Counted from the stretch's first letter, positions 18,957 to 28,345 are shown. The stretch: 64,000 nucleotides of DNA from an uncultured virus (IMG/VR IMGVR_UViG_3300025844_000001) (IMGVR_UViG_3300025844_000001); one strand, 5' to 3'. The notes: a model not told the origin generated them from the sequence alone. Translations and numbers: made by a program.

Positions 18957-19982
18957 CTACTCAGCAGTATCTGAGTCTACCGCGTCAAGGTTAGCAACAA
19001 TAGAACCAATCTTAGTTGTTAATCCCGATACTAGCGTATCGAAGTCAATTAAGCTAAATAGTTTAAGTGCTGCGGCATCAGATGCTAATGCTGCTCCTTT
19101 AACTAATTTTTGGTTAGTTACCATACCGCTAGAAGTGATACTTACTAGGATAGCAGCAGATAGTACATCCATTAAAGGAGAATCCATAACTGCTGATACA
19201 GAATCTTCTACTTTAGCCTTGCCTAGTGTACGTTGTACAAAACCTTTAGGCTGTAGCATCTTACGTAGAGCAGGTTCTAGTGTAGGACGTAGAGCTGCTT
19301 TAACAACTGCGTTAGTTGCGTTACCTGCTGTGATACTAGCTGCTAAAGTTACGCTGCTTTTACCTGTAGCTAATACTGTTGATGCTGCTTTATTTAATTT
19401 AGACATTGTGTTTGATTCCTGTGTGTTAGTTTTAGTTGTTCCATTGATAGTAAAGTTATCACTATTAATGTTGGTATTTTGTGTTTGTTCTGCTGAGCAT
19501 ATATCAGCTACTCTACCATCAATATCGTCTATAGTTTCCCTATTGAACATAGATATATCAGATAAATCTCTAATTAAGTCGCTAACATTTCCTGCGTAAT
19601 ACGAAGGAAATATTGGAATTATAGTAGCTATGTCAATAGTCTCTACTGTTTCCGCGATTCTGCCACTACTAAATCTTTCCTTTACTGTTACTTTAGCAGT
19701 TTTATCCGTAATGAAATTAATATTGGATAATGTTACCGTTCTGGTACTAAAGCAACGTTTATCAACTAATAAAGCGTTGAGCCTACCACCATTAAACCAG
19801 AACTTTACTCTATCTTGGTAGGGTGACCCAGACTTACTAGGGTAATGCTTGCTACGTTCCATCCATACATAGACGAAGTTTCTTACCATTAGATTTTCTG
19901 AGTGGGCAAAAGATGTAATTCTTTCCTTAAATAAGACTTGGAACGTCTTATCAAAAAACCTTGCTAATAACTCGTTATTCAT
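18957..19982 (-). CDS. two-domain hypothetical protein with probable internal start
   Basis: 341-aa ORF; second AGGA+ATG in frame at 19406. Confidence 0.75.
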   Translation of the reverse strand: MNNELLARFFDKTFQVLFKERITSFAHSENLMVRNFVYVWMERSKHYPSKSGSPYQDRVKFWFNGGRLNALLVDKRCFSTRTVTLSNINFITDKTAKVTVKERFSSGRIAETVETIDIATIIPIFPSYYAGNVSDLIRDLSDISMFNRETIDDIDGRVADICSAEQTQNTNINSDNFTINGTTKTNTQESNTMSKLNKAASTVLATGKSSVTLAASITAGNATNAVVKAALRPTLEPALRKMLQPKGFVQRTLGKAKVEDSVSAVMDSPLMDVLSAAILVSITSSGMVTNQKLVKGAALASDAAALKLFSLIDFDTLVSGLTTKIGSIVANLDAVDSDTAE

Positions 19983-20043
19983 ATTGTTTCCTTAATTTAT
20001 TTGTATATTATACGGTAAATTAAGCGGTATGTAAACTACAATT

Positions 20044-20214
20044 TTAGTCTTTTTTGCTTAATTCATCAATACGTTCTTGTAAATCTTTAATCCATGCTTT
20101 AAGTTCGTAGACTTCTTTTTCAGCAGTCCTTAGCCCATCACTTGCTACGTCTTTAATCTTCTTTAGACGGTCAACTGAGGTAATACTTTGTAGGAACTCA
20201 TTATCTAGTGCCAT
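20044..20214 (-). CDS. small coiled-coil protein (56 aa)
   Basis: Read manually: MALDNEFLQ..; AAGGA RBS. Confidence 0.6.
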   Translation of the reverse strand: MALDNEFLQSITSVDRLKKIKDVASDGLRTAEKEVYELKAWIKDLQERIDELSKKD

Positions 20215-20527
20215 TGATTATTTCCTTAATAGTAACTAATGTTAGTTTGTTCCAGTCTAACTCAGGAAACATTATGCTAAGTTGATTAACATAGTCTTTC
20301 TTTAGTTTACCTGTAATAGTAGACTTAACATCTTTTAAATTTGCTTCCAACCATAACATCTGGTCTTTGCCTAGCTTATCCACACCTGAGATACCAATAT
20401 CCTCTTGAATATCTGATTTAGTGCGTTTCTCTCTAGCAGAAATAGGTCTGTGACAAAAAGCCATAATTTCCGCTACAGTTTTTAAATTGTGAGCTTTACC
20501 AATCTGCTGATAAAATCGTTCACCCAT
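20201..20527 (-). CDS. hypothetical protein (T5-like conserved)
   Basis: MGERFYQQ start; follows promoter. Confidence 0.7.
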   Translation of the reverse strand: MGERFYQQIGKAHNLKTVAEIMAFCHRPISAREKRTKSDIQEDIGISGVDKLGKDQMLWLEANLKDVKSTITGKLKKDYVNQLSIMFPELDWNKLTLVTIKEIINGTR

Positions 20528-20640
20528 AGCGTTTAATCCCTCTTTGCCAATTCAATAAAGATATTATACGTGAATATAAGCAGAAAGGGAACTAATTTTT
20601 AAAAGCAAAAAGGGTGCTGCCTTAAGACAACACCCTCTTT

Positions 20641-20994
20641 TTACCCCCAGCGTGCCGGGGAATCCGTTCTTGTATCTACGTGTGTGAAGGTTTTGTATCT
20701 TCCTAGTGATATTTTAATACCAAAAGTATTATCCAAGTAAGCATAAACTTCCTCCACGGATACGTCCTTTACTACAATATCTGCTGCCCTAGCTTTAACA
20801 TGTTGGGAATTTTTAGCTCCCCCTATCTTAGCGTTGTATACAGCACATCTACATCCTGAGTTAATAGTAACACTCTTATTAAAGTGTTCCCGTACAGCAA
20901 CTAGTATGTCATACAAAGCTACATCTACGGTATCAAACCCACACCCACATTTACACGCAAATTCTTTCCTACTAAATCCTTTATCCCAGTTCAT
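20641..20994 (-). CDS. endolysin, peptidase M15 family
   Basis: CKCGCG, SGCRC, SQHVKARAAD, HVDTR; next to holin. Confidence 0.9.
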   Translation of the reverse strand: MNWDKGFSRKEFACKCGCGFDTVDVALYDILVAVREHFNKSVTINSGCRCAVYNAKIGGAKNSQHVKARAADIVVKDVSVEEVYAYLDNTFGIKISLGRYKTFTHVDTRTDSPARWG

Positions 20995-21641
20995 TATAAA
21001 TATCTCCCGATTGCTCTTGCATTAGGTTTACAGATAGAATCTATAAACTCTTGCGTTAGACTAAAAGAAGGATCTTTGTAGCCTATACCAATATGTCCTG
21101 AATAGATATTATCTATAGAGTATATTGGGCATGTGTATAAAACCTTTATACCTGCTGCTTCAAGCTTAGTAGAATCGAATAAAATATCAACATAACTATT
21201 CTTTGTTAAATCTAGTGTAAATGTTCTGCTAGATAAGTGCTCTAAGTACATCTTGGATGCTTTCTTAATAACTAATCTAGTTCGCATATCGACGGAGACT
21301 CCATTAGATTCTCCCTCCTTTGCTAGTATTCGCATATAATCGTTCTGTTGTTTGGGGTTATAGGTTGCTACATAAACTAAATCAGCATAAACCTGACCAT
21401 AGATTAAGTTAATACGTTCTCTAGCAATTACAGGCAAGAGATTTACTCTTTCTCTTTCTAATGATTCTACTACAGATCCTCTTGTAAATTCTTTAGCTAC
21501 CTTAACGACAGCATCAGGATTATCAATAAGAACCCAACCAAATAGAAGCACTAATAGAGTAAGAGTACGTAATAAAAACGTCTTAGGGTCTTTTATCTCC
21601 GAGAGTAGTTTAAACATATATGTTAACAATTGTTCTTTCAT
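20994..21641 (-). CDS. holin (T5/T4-T type)
   Basis: Single N-terminal TM, large periplasmic domain with CPIY..YSGHIG. Confidence 0.8.
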   Translation of the reverse strand: MKEQLLTYMFKLLSEIKDPKTFLLRTLTLLVLLFGWVLIDNPDAVVKVAKEFTRGSVVESLERERVNLLPVIARERINLIYGQVYADLVYVATYNPKQQNDYMRILAKEGESNGVSVDMRTRLVIKKASKMYLEHLSSRTFTLDLTKNSYVDILFDSTKLEAAGIKVLYTCPIYSIDNIYSGHIGIGYKDPSFSLTQEFIDSICKPNARAIGRYL

Positions 21642-21765
21642 TAAAGTATATCCTCTCAGGCTAGAGTATACTATTAAACTTTTATTTTTGCAAATAGTTT
21701 TTTCCGAAAGACAACTGAAACTAGACTATCAGCTCTAATTTCTAATTTCTGTAAAAACTACTACT

Positions 21766-22470
21766 TTATATTAGTAGATTATTATTAAATAACATAGTAA
21801 CTACACGAGCCTTTAAAGATGCTCTAGATTCTGCATCATACGAAGCAAAGTAGTTATGTAAAATCTCATCTTCGGCTATAAGAGGTATTTCTTGCTCTGA
21901 GGCATGAGCTTTTGCGGTTTCATCCTCAATACGTGTATCTTTCCCTAGTACCCTAACTATTAAGAAACCATCTTCTTTAAGAAGTTTAGCTTCGTTGATA
22001 AAACGTAAATCATCAATGATATTGTAGTTATTATCTAAAGCAACATCTACCCAGGTAGTATCTTTGAAGTGTCGGATAATCTCAGTACCAAGTAGTTGCT
22101 GTAATCGTCTAGAGGATATACTATGTAGCGTCCAATACCCTTCTTTTCCTACACCATTTAAATTATCTTGTAGGACTATTACGAATCTATCCCACATTCT
22201 ATCAAAGGAAACATGGTTGTCTAACCCATAATCCATATAAAACTTAGCTGCTTCATTAAATGACTCAGGTGTTATAATGAATGTCATTGGTATTTCTTTA
22301 AATTCACCGTATAGGTGCTGGTCTGTCATGTTACATAGTTTACGAAAAAACTCTTTTATTGGAAAAGCAAAACTACCTTTAGTTGGTGCTTTATCTTTTA
22401 GTATCTCTTGTATTAACTCGGCTACTAAACCTTTTCCTGCTCCAGCAAATCCTGTTAGGGCTATCTTCAT
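21766..22470 (-). CDS. dnk: deoxynucleoside monophosphate kinase
   Basis: GFAGAGK, SFA.PIK, LQQLLGTE, DLRFINE, HASE. Confidence 0.9.
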   Translation of the reverse strand: MKIALTGFAGAGKGLVAELIQEILKDKAPTKGSFAFPIKEFFRKLCNMTDQHLYGEFKEIPMTFIITPESFNEAAKFYMDYGLDNHVSFDRMWDRFVIVLQDNLNGVGKEGYWTLHSISSRRLQQLLGTEIIRHFKDTTWVDVALDNNYNIIDDLRFINEAKLLKEDGFLIVRVLGKDTRIEDETAKAHASEQEIPLIAEDEILHNYFASYDAESRASLKARVVTMLFNNNLLI

Positions 22471-22757
22471 TTATTTAATTCCTTGCATCTAGTGTCTGTT
22501 ATTTGGTGGGTACAAATTATTTGGGTTAAGTCTTTAATGTATCTAAACATATCTCGTTCGCAAACTGCTATGTTTATATTATCTTGGTATGATAGTATTA
22601 CTCTACCCTGGTTATCTATCTCTACTGAACTTATTTCACATGTAGCCATAGGACTAGGCCAAGGTAGTAAAAGTGGTTCTGTAGGAGGAGCACTATTTAA
22701 TGCACATCCTGTAAGAAATATAACTGGTAGTACTAGACTACTTCTTATCCAGTTCAT
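22467..22757 (-). CDS. o-spanin (Rz1-like lipoprotein)
   Basis: Lipobox LTGC, Pro-rich, overlaps i-spanin end. Confidence 0.82.
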   Translation of the reverse strand: MNWIRSSLVLPVIFLTGCALNSAPPTEPLLLPWPSPMATCEISSVEIDNQGRVILSYQDNINIAVCERDMFRYIKDLTQIICTHQITDTRCKELNK

Positions 22758-23115
22758 TACATGCCTCCTTATTACCAGAGTAGCATGCTTTTTCTAGATG
22801 AAACTTAGCATAGCTTGATTCAATCTTTCTAGATACTAATGTAGGTTTAGCTATTATAACATCTAGTCTAGAAGTGCTAGACTGGAGTTTTCTAATAGTA
22901 GAATTAGTTTCTTCTTGGTTATTACCAAATTTGGTTACAACTGATTTTATACCAGTTATATTAGTTTCTAAGTTATCAACTCTATTATTAGATATTTCTA
23001 ACTTACTTTCTAGGTTACTAATGGTGTACTCTTGGTATTTATATACTCCGAAAAGAGTGCTTGTAACCAATATTAAACCCAGCCATAGGTAGGGGTTCAT
23101 CAATTGTTGCAACAT
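22738..23115 (-). CDS. i-spanin (Rz-like)
   Basis: N-terminal TM plus coiled coil, C-terminal Cys. Confidence 0.8.
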   Translation of the reverse strand: MLQQLMNPYLWLGLILVTSTLFGVYKYQEYTISNLESKLEISNNRVDNLETNITGIKSVVTKFGNNQEETNSTIRKLQSSTSRLDVIIAKPTLVSRKIESSYAKFHLEKACYSGNKEACNELDKK

Positions 23116-23728
23116 CCGGTACTTCCTCCTTAGGAATTACTTCTGGTATTACAGTATCAGCGGGTTCTTCATATATATTTTGTATTACAGAATAGGAGAA
23201 CTCAGGAGATACTGATGGTGTGACTAGGCTAGTAGCCCAGAATATCTTAGCTAGAGCTTCTTCAATATTTTCTAGCTTTATGGGTAGGGATAGGTATATT
23301 GCTCCTAGTGCAGCATCTGTGCCACTACCAATTGCAATGATTTCTGAATCGTAATCTAGTAATGAGTAGTTAAACTGCATACAGTATATTCTATCTTCGT
23401 AAAGTAATATGAATGTTCCGCCTAAATCCTCTAAACCATCTTTAGTACCATACCCATATGTTTTAAAGATAGCACGTATAGATTCTACTAAGGTTACATT
23501 AACAAAGTTTTCAGCGGTTTGTCCCTCTACTCTAGGTGGTAAAGTCCAGTAATGCTCTAGTATTTGACCCATTCTAAAAGAAGAAGTATATCCTATAGCA
23601 CAGCTTTCTGATTTGTTAAATACCTTTGAGTTTGCTACTTTATTAAAGTGGTGTCCATTACTAGCCATGTAATCTCCAGCTATAATGCTGTGGCCTTCTT
23701 CCGTTTTAAATGCTACTATGCATGTCAT
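23039..23728 (-). CDS. HslV/proteasome-beta-like Ntn protease
   Basis: N-terminal MTCIVA (catalytic Thr), GD, K, AIGSG. Confidence 0.8.
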   Translation of the reverse strand: MTCIVAFKTEEGHSIIAGDYMASNGHHFNKVANSKVFNKSESCAIGYTSSFRMGQILEHYWTLPPRVEGQTAENFVNVTLVESIRAIFKTYGYGTKDGLEDLGGTFILLYEDRIYCMQFNYSLLDYDSEIIAIGSGTDAALGAIYLSLPIKLENIEEALAKIFWATSLVTPSVSPEFSYSVIQNIYEEPADTVIPEVIPKEEVPDVATIDEPLPMAGFNIGYKHSFRSI

Positions 23729-23917
23729 ACTAATTATACTCCATAATTATTTATTAAAGTTTATTTGTATCTATATTATACGATAGTTTTTAGCTTATTG
23801 TAAACAACATTTTTGCCTTATGATTTAGGTATACCACTGATTTCCTGATTCTTGCTATTTTACACTCGCGCCTTATACCATATTTCCATCTACTACCAAC
23901 TATAAATTACGGGCATG

Positions 23918-23948
23918 AAAAAGGGTACACCTAAAAAGATGTACCCTC
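23918..23948 (-). terminator. intrinsic terminator after candidate ncRNA
   Basis: AGGGTACATC..GGTGTACCCT followed by U-run on minus strand. Confidence 0.8.
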
Positions 23949-23949
23949 C

Positions 23950-24230
23950 GGGACGTAGAAGTAGCGCGGGGGTGGCTTCACCAAGGAATTACTAATAACC
24001 TTAACTTCCCCTTTTCCGCGATTTTAATAATTACTAAGCTATATTACTTGAAGTCTATTAGCTTATACCTGAATACTATGGGCTGATTAATGAACACTGA
24101 GCTTTGAGGGCTTCAACGGCTTCTGGATCGTGTCCAGAACATTAATTATTCCAATTAAGTATTATGGTAAGCGGTTTAACCCTGACCGCTTGACGGGAGT
24201 ATTATTTGATGATGTTCTCTACTACATCCC
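23950..24230 (-). ncRNA. candidate structured ncRNA with heptamer array
   Basis: Closing stem GGGAUGUAG/CUACGUCCC, internal hairpins, 13 heptamers in register. Confidence 0.65.
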
Positions 24231-24243
24231 TAATTCAAAACCG

Positions 24244-24876
24244 TTATACTACTAAGTCTAACTCAATCTTAGTAGTAGCATTGGATTCGTTTAAAGCAAT
24301 ATCGACTTCTGCCATGAACTTATCTACTGACTCACGCTTTTTAATTAACAACTTGAAAATATCACATGGCTCGATAGTTTCCAACTTGTATAAATCCTCA
24401 ACGCTAGCTTTCGCTAAGTCTAAAGCTTCCTTAGTTACGGCCTTGTCACGTCCTGCTAGAATCTGGGCACGGTTAGATGCTTCTTCTTCAATAGAACGTT
24501 CTGCACTGTTAATAGCTGTGGTAACGGCAGTTGAGGCCTTTGACAGTAAGTTACAGAATGCTTTTTCCTTTTCGATGTTATTCTTACGGTCGATAGCTGC
24601 TGCTACTGTCATAGGGACACCATCAACTACTAATGAAGTAACTGCATTTGATTGCGTGATTGATGCTGCAATCTTATCGCGTCTAGCAATAGCTGACTCT
24701 AGGCTTTGTAAGAAAGCACGTTGGCGATTACGCAATACATCTTTGTCGGATGTAGGCATAGAAACCTTAGCTACTGTGGCTACTGATGCTGCTGGGCTTG
24801 ATAGTAAACGATCTAGTTCTTTTTCTACTACTTTCTTCATTACTAGTAAGCGAGTGATTGAGTATAATTGTGACAT
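24244..24876 (-). CDS. alpha-helical protein, resembling DIP1984/septicolysin-annotated family
   Basis: ITQSNAVT..MTVAAAI..EVDIALNESNATTKIE pattern; start at MSQ with AAAGGA RBS. Confidence 0.7.
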   Translation of the reverse strand: MSQLYSITRLLVMKKVVEKELDRLLSSPAASVATVAKVSMPTSDKDVLRNRQRAFLQSLESAIARRDKIAASITQSNAVTSLVVDGVPMTVAAAIDRKNNIEKEKAFCNLLSKASTAVTTAINSAERSIEEEASNRAQILAGRDKAVTKEALDLAKASVEDLYKLETIEPCDIFKLLIKKRESVDKFMAEVDIALNESNATTKIELDLVV

Positions 24877-24926
24877 TTTATATTTCCTTTTCAATGATTA
24901 GTTTAATTTGTTTTTTAGTAATAATT

Positions 24927-25004
24927 TGGTAGTCCAAGGCGGTTTCGAACCGCTCCTTCCTCCAGTTATGAGCTGGGCGCATTAACCAATTATGCTATTA
25001 GACC
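24927..25004 (-). tRNA. tRNA-Met/Ile2 (CAT)
   Basis: Cloverleaf, loop CTCATAA, CCA. Confidence 0.9.
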
Positions 25005-25103
25005 ATTATTAAATAGGAGCCTCCAGAGACGATGAAAGCAGGGAAGGAGACAAAGAAAGAGAGGCTCCTATTTAATAGCCTCTCGTAAGAAAGGCTGGTA
25101 TTG

Positions 25104-25337
25104 TTATAAAGCTTTAATCTGTTTAACTACTTGTTTGGTTTGTTGGTAAACTGCTCGACCACAACTAGGGTCTAACATAATAGTAACTGTAGGATATGTA
25201 GAAACTACTTTACCCTCTGCATTCTTGATTGGCTTCAAACGTTCTGTGCCTTCCATTTGCATATACTTAGTAGTACCTGTACCGATACCTTGTTGGCGTA
25301 GTACACGACGAATCTGTTTGGCTTTTTTATTACGCAT
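25104..25337 (-). CDS. small basic hypothetical protein
   Basis: MRNKKAKQIRR..CGRAVYQ; AAGGA RBS. Confidence 0.75.
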   Translation of the reverse strand: MRNKKAKQIRRVLRQQGIGTGTTKYMQMEGTERLKPIKNAEGKVVSTYPTVTIMLDPSCGRAVYQQTKQVVKQIKAL

Positions 25338-25367
25338 TGTTACTTTCCTTTTATAAGATTAATTAAT

Positions 25368-25734
25368 TAGTGCTGGTTACGTATTCGGGCAGAACCCTTT
25401 ATCCAGCGTCGTGGTTGACTAGAAGCCTTGACCGTTGTATCACGTTATTTATTCTCGATTATCTAGCATACGAGTGTAAGTGCGTAGCTTGGAACAAATT
25501 GGTTAAACACAGTAATAGAGGGCTTTCCTCATGTACGCAATCACTAGTTTACAACCTAACTGACGATCTTAATGGGCAACGTAGATAAGAAAGCTATCTA
25601 CTGTAGGTTCCAGGGTTGTTGTCGGTAATACGAACCTTTGTTACACGCTAGTTTGGTTTTTCTGAGGACGCTAGGTCGTCCCTTTTATTGGATTGCCGTT
25701 CTTTTCGCTATACTACGGTAGCCTGCTAGCACTA
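25368..25734 (-). ncRNA. candidate ~370-nt ncRNA
   Basis: Own promoter without RBS leader, closing stem UAGUGCU/AGCACUA, multiple hairpins, no sense ORF. Confidence 0.55.
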
Positions 25735-25830
25735 TTAGTGCCACTTCTCCATATCTAGTCATACACGAACTCGTCTCTCAATTCAATAAATATATTATAC
25801 GCTAATCTAAGCATTTAGTAAAGGAGTTTT

Positions 25831-26103
25831 TTAATCTTCTACGTCATGCCCTTCTTCATCATAGCAATCATTACATATGCCTTCATCATTACTATTAGTA
25901 AATTCAAGAATTTCGCCTGGATGACCCCACCAAGAGCAACCTGGGCATCTAAACTGTTCTACTTTAGCACATACTTCTTCAAGGTCAAACGCACTTAAAC
26001 CTAGACTGACTAACATATCTTCACCACGTTGGTTATCACAACCACCAGCTACTTGGTCTGCAATCTCGTCAATCTGTGTACTAGTTAAGTCATCAATATT
26101 CAT
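25831..26103 (-). CDS. acidic Zn-ribbon-like protein
   Basis: CPGC..CNDC; promoter plus RBS. Confidence 0.75.
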   Translation of the reverse strand: MNIDDLTSTQIDEIADQVAGGCDNQRGEDMLVSLGLSAFDLEEVCAKVEQFRCPGCSWWGHPGEILEFTNSNDEGICNDCYDEEGHDVED

Positions 26104-26171
26104 TGCTTATTTCCTTTCTCAATTCAATAAAGCTATTATACGCTAAGATAAGCATCTAGTAAAGAAGTTTT

Positions 26172-26630
26172 TTAATATTTTTCTAGCGCTGACTTCAATT
26201 GTACGTAAGCCTTTTGGTACTTCTGCATACGTTCAAAGTCTTTATCAGTTAATCCTTTTAAACGAGTAAGGTCGCTGTTATGACGTAAGTCTGCTAACTT
26301 AACTAGGATAGCATCTTTATTAGTACAGATACCATCAATGTATGCTTGATAGCTAACGCCCTTGACATGCGTTAAAAGATGCAAAGCATCTGTAGCGCGT
26401 GTGTGGAACCCTAAGGAAATTAAGTCAGATAACTTAGTGCTAGTATCTTCTAGTAAGTCATGCATTACTGCAATCTGTTTAACTACTGGGTCGCTAGACC
26501 TTACTTTATGCATAACTGTTAAGCAATGTAAAATATAAGGTTGACCACCACGGTCAAACTGGTCTTGATGACCTTGTGCGGCTAAAGCAATTGCTTTTGC
26601 TAGTAGTTCTTGTTGTGTTTTCATTTCCAT
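26172..26630 (-). CDS. HD-domain (p)ppGpp-hydrolase-like (SAH/MESH1-like) protein
   Basis: H..Q..R.GQPYILH, MHDLLEDT, VKLADLRHN. Confidence 0.88.
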   Translation of the reverse strand: MEMKTQQELLAKAIALAAQGHQDQFDRGGQPYILHCLTVMHKVRSSDPVVKQIAVMHDLLEDTSTKLSDLISLGFHTRATDALHLLTHVKGVSYQAYIDGICTNKDAILVKLADLRHNSDLTRLKGLTDKDFERMQKYQKAYVQLKSALEKY

Positions 26631-26839
26631 AACTGTTCTCCATTAATAACTGTACACCATGTACTATCAATTCTTGTCATAAAAGGTTTTCTCTGTGGAT
26701 TACCATGACTATCATGGGTTACAGCTACATATAGTAACGGTGTAGTACCTTTACGAAATATAATATGTTTTACTTCACCTGTCCATCTAGCTCTAAAGTG
26801 GGAACGTACTATGGTACTAACTTTTATTTGGTTTTTCAT
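26621..26839 (-). CDS. hypothetical protein
   Basis: Promoter plus RBS. Confidence 0.7.
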   Translation of the reverse strand: MKNQIKVSTIVRSHFRARWTGEVKHIIFRKGTTPLLYVAVTHDSHGNPQRKPFMTRIDSTWCTVINGEQLWK

Positions 26840-26876
26840 TTCTGTACCTTTCCTAACTCAATAAAGCTATTATACG

Positions 26877-27245
26877 TTATTTATACGAGGTATGCAACGT
26901 ATTTTTTACTCTTTCTATAGTTGCTTTTAATGCTTTTGCTTCCATTTTTGATTTTTCGCTAATACGTCTAGTATACGTAATAACTTCTTTCTCTGTTCTA
27001 CCTATTACATCAAAGGTGGAGCATATGTGCCCAAAGAAATCCTCTAATGAGGTGATAGAGTATATTAGGCAACCCTTGCTTTGAGCATCTATCTCCACAC
27101 TAGCTACTACATTTACAACATAAGGACTGGTGTAGCTTCCACCATTATTTTTAGCTACCCAGATATTCTCTCCTACTGAGGGAATAGTCTCCCATCCTTT
27201 ATCCTTTAAGCTAGTATTTATAACTGTTCCTACATTTAGTTTCAT
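26877..27245 (-). CDS. hypothetical protein
   Basis: AAGGA RBS. Confidence 0.7.
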   Translation of the reverse strand: MKLNVGTVINTSLKDKGWETIPSVGENIWVAKNNGGSYTSPYVVNVVASVEIDAQSKGCLIYSITSLEDFFGHICSTFDVIGRTEKEVITYTRRISEKSKMEAKALKATIERVKNTLHTSYK

Positions 27246-27247
27246 AC

Positions 27248-27415
27248 TTATTTCCTTAAATACTTGGGTGTAAGTCCTAGCTCACGTTCAAACATATTTC
27301 TAAAATGGATTACTATATCATCTACCGTAATCTGTGATTCCAACTGTTGTGCTTTTTCTAATATCTTAGGCATCTTGTGCCCAGCTCTCCAACAATCAAA
27401 CATTAATTTATCCAT
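27248..27415 (-). CDS. small hypothetical protein (55 aa)
   Basis: Read manually: MDKLMFDCW..; AAGGA RBS. Confidence 0.6.
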   Translation of the reverse strand: MDKLMFDCWRAGHKMPKILEKAQQLESQITVDDIVIHFRNMFERELGLTPKYLRK

Positions 27416-27424
27416 AACTATTCC

Positions 27425-27871
27425 TTACCAGTCGTAATAAACAGAGCTAATAGCAGCTTTCATTAATGCTTCGCGTAGCTCAACCATCATTGGGTGATTA
27501 ACTAATATTAAATATGGGTCATCACATCCTGCTTCTTCTAGTCTATAGTACTCCTTAGAGAACTTACTATCCTCGTTACATACTAGTGACTCCATAATAG
27601 CTTCTAGCTGCTCAACTAGGTCAATGCTACTATATCTCTCAGCATGTACCATACCATCATAGCAAATAGGTTCATCATGTTCTGGTATAATATTATTCCA
27701 ACCATCCCATGTGTAACGGTGCTCACTACCACCTAGTCTATACCAAGCTAGGTAGTGTTCCCAACGTCTATTGTGCCCAATAAATTCAGTATCTTGGAAT
27801 GTACGTCTTAGGGCAAACATTAAAGCTATTTTTCTTTCAGATAATTCTTTCTCTTCTAGTATTAAGTCCAT
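27425..27871 (-). CDS. hypothetical protein
   Basis: AAGGAG RBS. Confidence 0.75.
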   Translation of the reverse strand: MDLILEEKELSERKIALMFALRRTFQDTEFIGHNRRWEHYLAWYRLGGSEHRYTWDGWNNIIPEHDEPICYDGMVHAERYSSIDLVEQLEAIMESLVCNEDSKFSKEYYRLEEAGCDDPYLILVNHPMMVELREALMKAAISSVYYDW

Positions 27872-27881
27872 AATTAGCTCC

Positions 27882-28253
27882 TTAGCTTAAATTAGTAAAG
27901 TATTGTATACCTTCGTCTGACCAGTAAGTAAGTGTTACTGCAATAACAGGTGCTTCTAAGTCTGTGTAGAATCTATCCATTTCTATGCCTTCCATATCAG
28001 ATACTAAGTCATATCCTTCTATATCAGAAATTTCTACATCTTCTAAGTTATTCTCATATACATATAAGCATTCTAGATAGAAATTTAATACCTTTAATAA
28101 CTTTACTTCATCATACTCACTAAACATAAGTACTATGTCTGATTCCCCGTCAGCATCACCATGCATAAAATCTACGTCTAACTGGTAGGAATTTGTATGT
28201 GGTTTTCCAATAGGGACTTGACTTCCTAATTGTATTTTTTTAATTTTTTTCAT
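27882..28253 (-). CDS. hypothetical acidic protein
   Basis: Promoter plus RBS; FMHGDAD. Confidence 0.75.
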   Translation of the reverse strand: MKKIKKIQLGSQVPIGKPHTNSYQLDVDFMHGDADGESDIVLMFSEYDEVKLLKVLNFYLECLYVYENNLEDVEISDIEGYDLVSDMEGIEMDRFYTDLEAPVIAVTLTYWSDEGIQYFTNLS

Positions 28254-28345
28254 CTGCTTTCTTCCTTTCTTAATTCAATATAGCTATTATACGCTAGATT
28301 TAGCGGTTAGTAAAGAAAATTATTACAAAAAAGCCCTGACTAATG

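Noticed and set aside
25520..25530. RNase P RNA (GAGGAAAGCCC resembles the P4 5' strand)
   Set aside because: Motif lies mid-molecule, folds locally, and no matching 3' P4 consensus was seen
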